Of a DNA stretch of 10,700 bases, positions 8,164 through 10,700 are shown in pieces. Source of the DNA: Octopus sinensis (taxonomy: Eukaryota); assembly GCF_006345805.1 (NCBI RefSeq), contig NW_021828820.1, positions 1 to 10,700 of the forward strand. Direction: 5' to 3'. Made by a program: the position numbers and the translations under genes. The number at the start of each line of letters is the position of its first letter. The first letter of the stretch is position 1. The notes under the pieces were generated by a model, which made no database searches, had not been told where the DNA came from, and saw only the letters and a program-made list of their open reading frames with translations.

Positions 8164-10700
8164 TAATTAAGAAGATCATTGTCTCCAGAAAACCTTCCAT
8201 TGAAGATCCAACAGGGAATGTGCACAAGTCTGAGTCGTCGCCGTTATGTTCGGAAAGGGGAGTAGAACCGACTCCGTTACAACAGACATATGCATAGATC
8301 TGAAGGAAATCCTTAGATTAGGTGATTCTGGTGGCCAACGCATCACACGCGTGTAATTAAGAAGATCATTGTCTCCAGAACCTTTTCCATTGAAGATCCA
8401 ACAGGGAATGTGCACAAGTCTGAGTCGTCGCCGTTATGTTCGGAAAGGGGAGTAGAACCGACTCCGTTACAACAGACATATGCATAGATCTGAAGGAAAT
8501 CCTTAGATTAGGTGATTCTGGTGGCCAACGCAACACACTAATAGAAACCAACGAGCGCAACCGCGTGTAATTAAGAAGATCATTGTCTCCAGAAAACCCT
8601 TTCCATTGAAGATCCAACAGGGAATGTGCACAGGTCTGAGTCGTCGCCGTTATGTTCGGAAAGGGGAGTAGAACCGACTCCGTTACAACAGACATATGCA
8701 TACATCTGAAGGAAATCCTTAGATTAGGTGATTCTGGTGGCCAACGCAACACACGCGTGTAATTAAGAAGATCATTGTCTCCAGAAAACCCTTTCCATTG
8801 AAGATCCAACAGGGAATGTGCACAAGTCTGAGTCGTCGCCGTTATGTTCGGAAAGGGGAGTAGAACCGACTCCGTTACAACAGACATATGCATACATCTG
8901 AAGGAAATCCTTAGATTAGGTGATTCTGGTGGCCAACGCAACACACGCGTGTAATTAAGAAGATCATTGTCTCCAGAAAACCCTTTCCATTGAAGATCCA
9001 ACAGGAATGTGCACAAGTCTGAGTCGTCGCCGTTATGTTCGAAAGGGGAGTAGAAACGACTCCGTTACAACAGACTATGCATACATCTGAAGAAATCCTT
9101 AGATTAGGTGATTCTGGTGGCCACGCATCACAGTAAAGAAACCAACGAGCGCAACCGCGTGTAATTAAGAAGATCATGTCTCCAGAAAACCCTTTCCATT
9201 GAAGATCCAACAGGGAATGTGCACAGGTCTGAGTCGTCGCCGTTATGTTCGAAAGGGGAGTAGAACCGACTCCGTTACAACAGACATATGCATACATCTG
9301 AAGAAATCCTTAGATTAGGTGATTCTGGTGGCCAACGCAACACCGCGTGTAATTAAGAAGATCATTGTCTCCAGAAAACCCTTTCCATTGAAGATCCACA
9401 GGGAATGTGCACAGGTCTGAGTCGTCGCCGTTATGTTCGAAAGGGGAGTAGAACCGACTCCGTTACAACAGACATATGCATACATCTGAAGGAAATCCTT
9501 AGATTAGGTGATTCTGGTGGCCAACGCAACACCGCGTGTAATTAATAAGATCATTGTCTCCAGAAAACCCTTTCCATTGAAGATCCAACAGGGAATGTGC
9601 ACAGGTCTGAGTCGTCGCCGTTATGTTCGGAAAGGGGAGTAGAACCGACTCCGTTACAACAAACATAGCATACATCTGAAGGAATCCTTAGATTAGGTGA
9701 TTCTGGTGGCCACGCAACACACGCGTAATTAAGAAGATCATTGTCTCCAGAAAACCCTTCCATTGAAGATCCAACAGGGAATGTGCACAAGTCTGAGTCG
9801 TCGCCGTTATGTTCGAAAAGGGGAGTAGAACCGACTCCGTTACAACAGACATATGCATACATCTGAAGGAAATCCTTAGATTAGGTGATTCTGGTGGCCA
9901 ACGCAACACACGCGTGTAATTAAGAAGATCATTGTCTCCAGAAAACCCTTTCCATTGAAGATCCAACAGGGAATGTGCACAAGTCTGAGTCGTCGCCGTT
10001 ATGTTCGGAAAGGAGTAGAACCGACTCCGTTACAACAACATATGCATAGATCTGAAGGAAATCCTTAGATTAGGTGATTCTGGTGGCCAACGCAACACAC
10101 GCGTGTAATTAAGAAGATCATTGTCTCCAGAAAACCCTTTCCATTGAAGATCCAACAGGGAATGTGCACAAGTCTGAGTCGTCGCCGCCTTATGTTCGGA
10201 AAGGGGAGTAGAACCGACTCCGTTACAAAGACATATGCATACATCTGAAGGAATCCTTAGATTAGGTGATTCTGGTGGCCAACGCAACACACGCGTGTAA
10301 TTAAGAAGATCATTGTCTCCAAAAACCCTTTCCATTGAAGATCCAACAGGGAATGTGCACAGTCTGAGTCGTCGCCGTTATGTTCGGAAAGGGGAGTAGA
10401 ACCGACTCCTTACAACAGACTATGCATACATCTGAAGGAACTCCTTAGATTAGGTGATTCTGGTGGCCACGCAACACACGCGTGTAATTAAGAAGATCAT
10501 TGTCTCCAGAAAACCCTTTCCATTGAAGATCCAACAGGGAATGTGCACAAGTCTGAGTCGTCGCCGTTATGTTCGAAAAGGGGAGTAGAACCGACTCCGT
10601 TACAACAGACATATGCATACATCTGAAGGAAATCCTTATATTAGGTGATTCTGGTGGCCACGCATCACAGTAAAGAAACCAACGAGCGCAATCGCGTGTC
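8164..10700. repeat. Tandem (satellite-like) array: 13 units, 192-bp consensus, with a 216-bp variant
   Basis: The unit start TAATTAAGAAGATC recurs at about 8164, 8354, 8568, 8760, 8952, 9162, 9350, 9539, 9726, 9917, 10106, 10298 and 10485. Units 3 and 4 are exactly 192 bp. Units 2, 5 and 13 carry an insert of about 24 bp (TAATAGAAACCAACGAGCGCAACC in unit 2). Confidence 0.97.

Noticed and set aside
8310-8325. TTAGATTAGG as a telomeric repeat tract
   Set aside because: There is only one TTAGG per unit and no tandem telomeric run in the window.
8164-8353. Monomer as a tRNA, 5S rRNA or spliced-leader RNA gene
   Set aside because: I found no cloverleaf, no convincing A-box at a suitable distance from the near-B-box, and no clear Sm site paired with the AG/GTGA donor-like motif. 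It is kept only as a weak hypothesis.
8164-10700. CRISPR array or RT-associated repeat-spacer system
   Set aside because: The units are near-identical over their whole length with no unique spacers, no cas genes are present, and the context is eukaryotic TEs.

Overview
AT-rich eukaryotic DNA made almost entirely of nested mobile elements plus a tandem array; no host gene is evident. From left to right: (1) a frameshifted 3' relic of a non-LTR retrotransposon with a restriction-like endonuclease (REL; R4/NeSL-type tail) on the minus strand, ~166-787, absent from the ORF track; (2) a complete TA-flanked Tc1 (DD34E) DNA transposon at 790-2240, with ~190-bp IR/DR-type terminal repeats and a frameshifted transposase, inserted into that relic; (3) two head-to-tail, near-identical ~3.03-kb units (2051-5082 and 5083-8120), each made of the Tc1 right TIR, TA, a short flank and a CRE-clade-like retrotransposon (RT, CCHC zinc knuckle, REL), with an AATATTAAA-type microhomology at all three junctions; (4) 13 units of a 192-bp (or 216-bp variant) tandem repeat from 8164 to the window end. 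The most unusual feature is the duplicated TIR, which gives the Tc1 a second TA-flanked right end (790-5275) that encloses a CRE copy. Short indels are pervasive and may be unpolished long-read errors, so both the pseudogene calls and the duplication need read-level confirmation.
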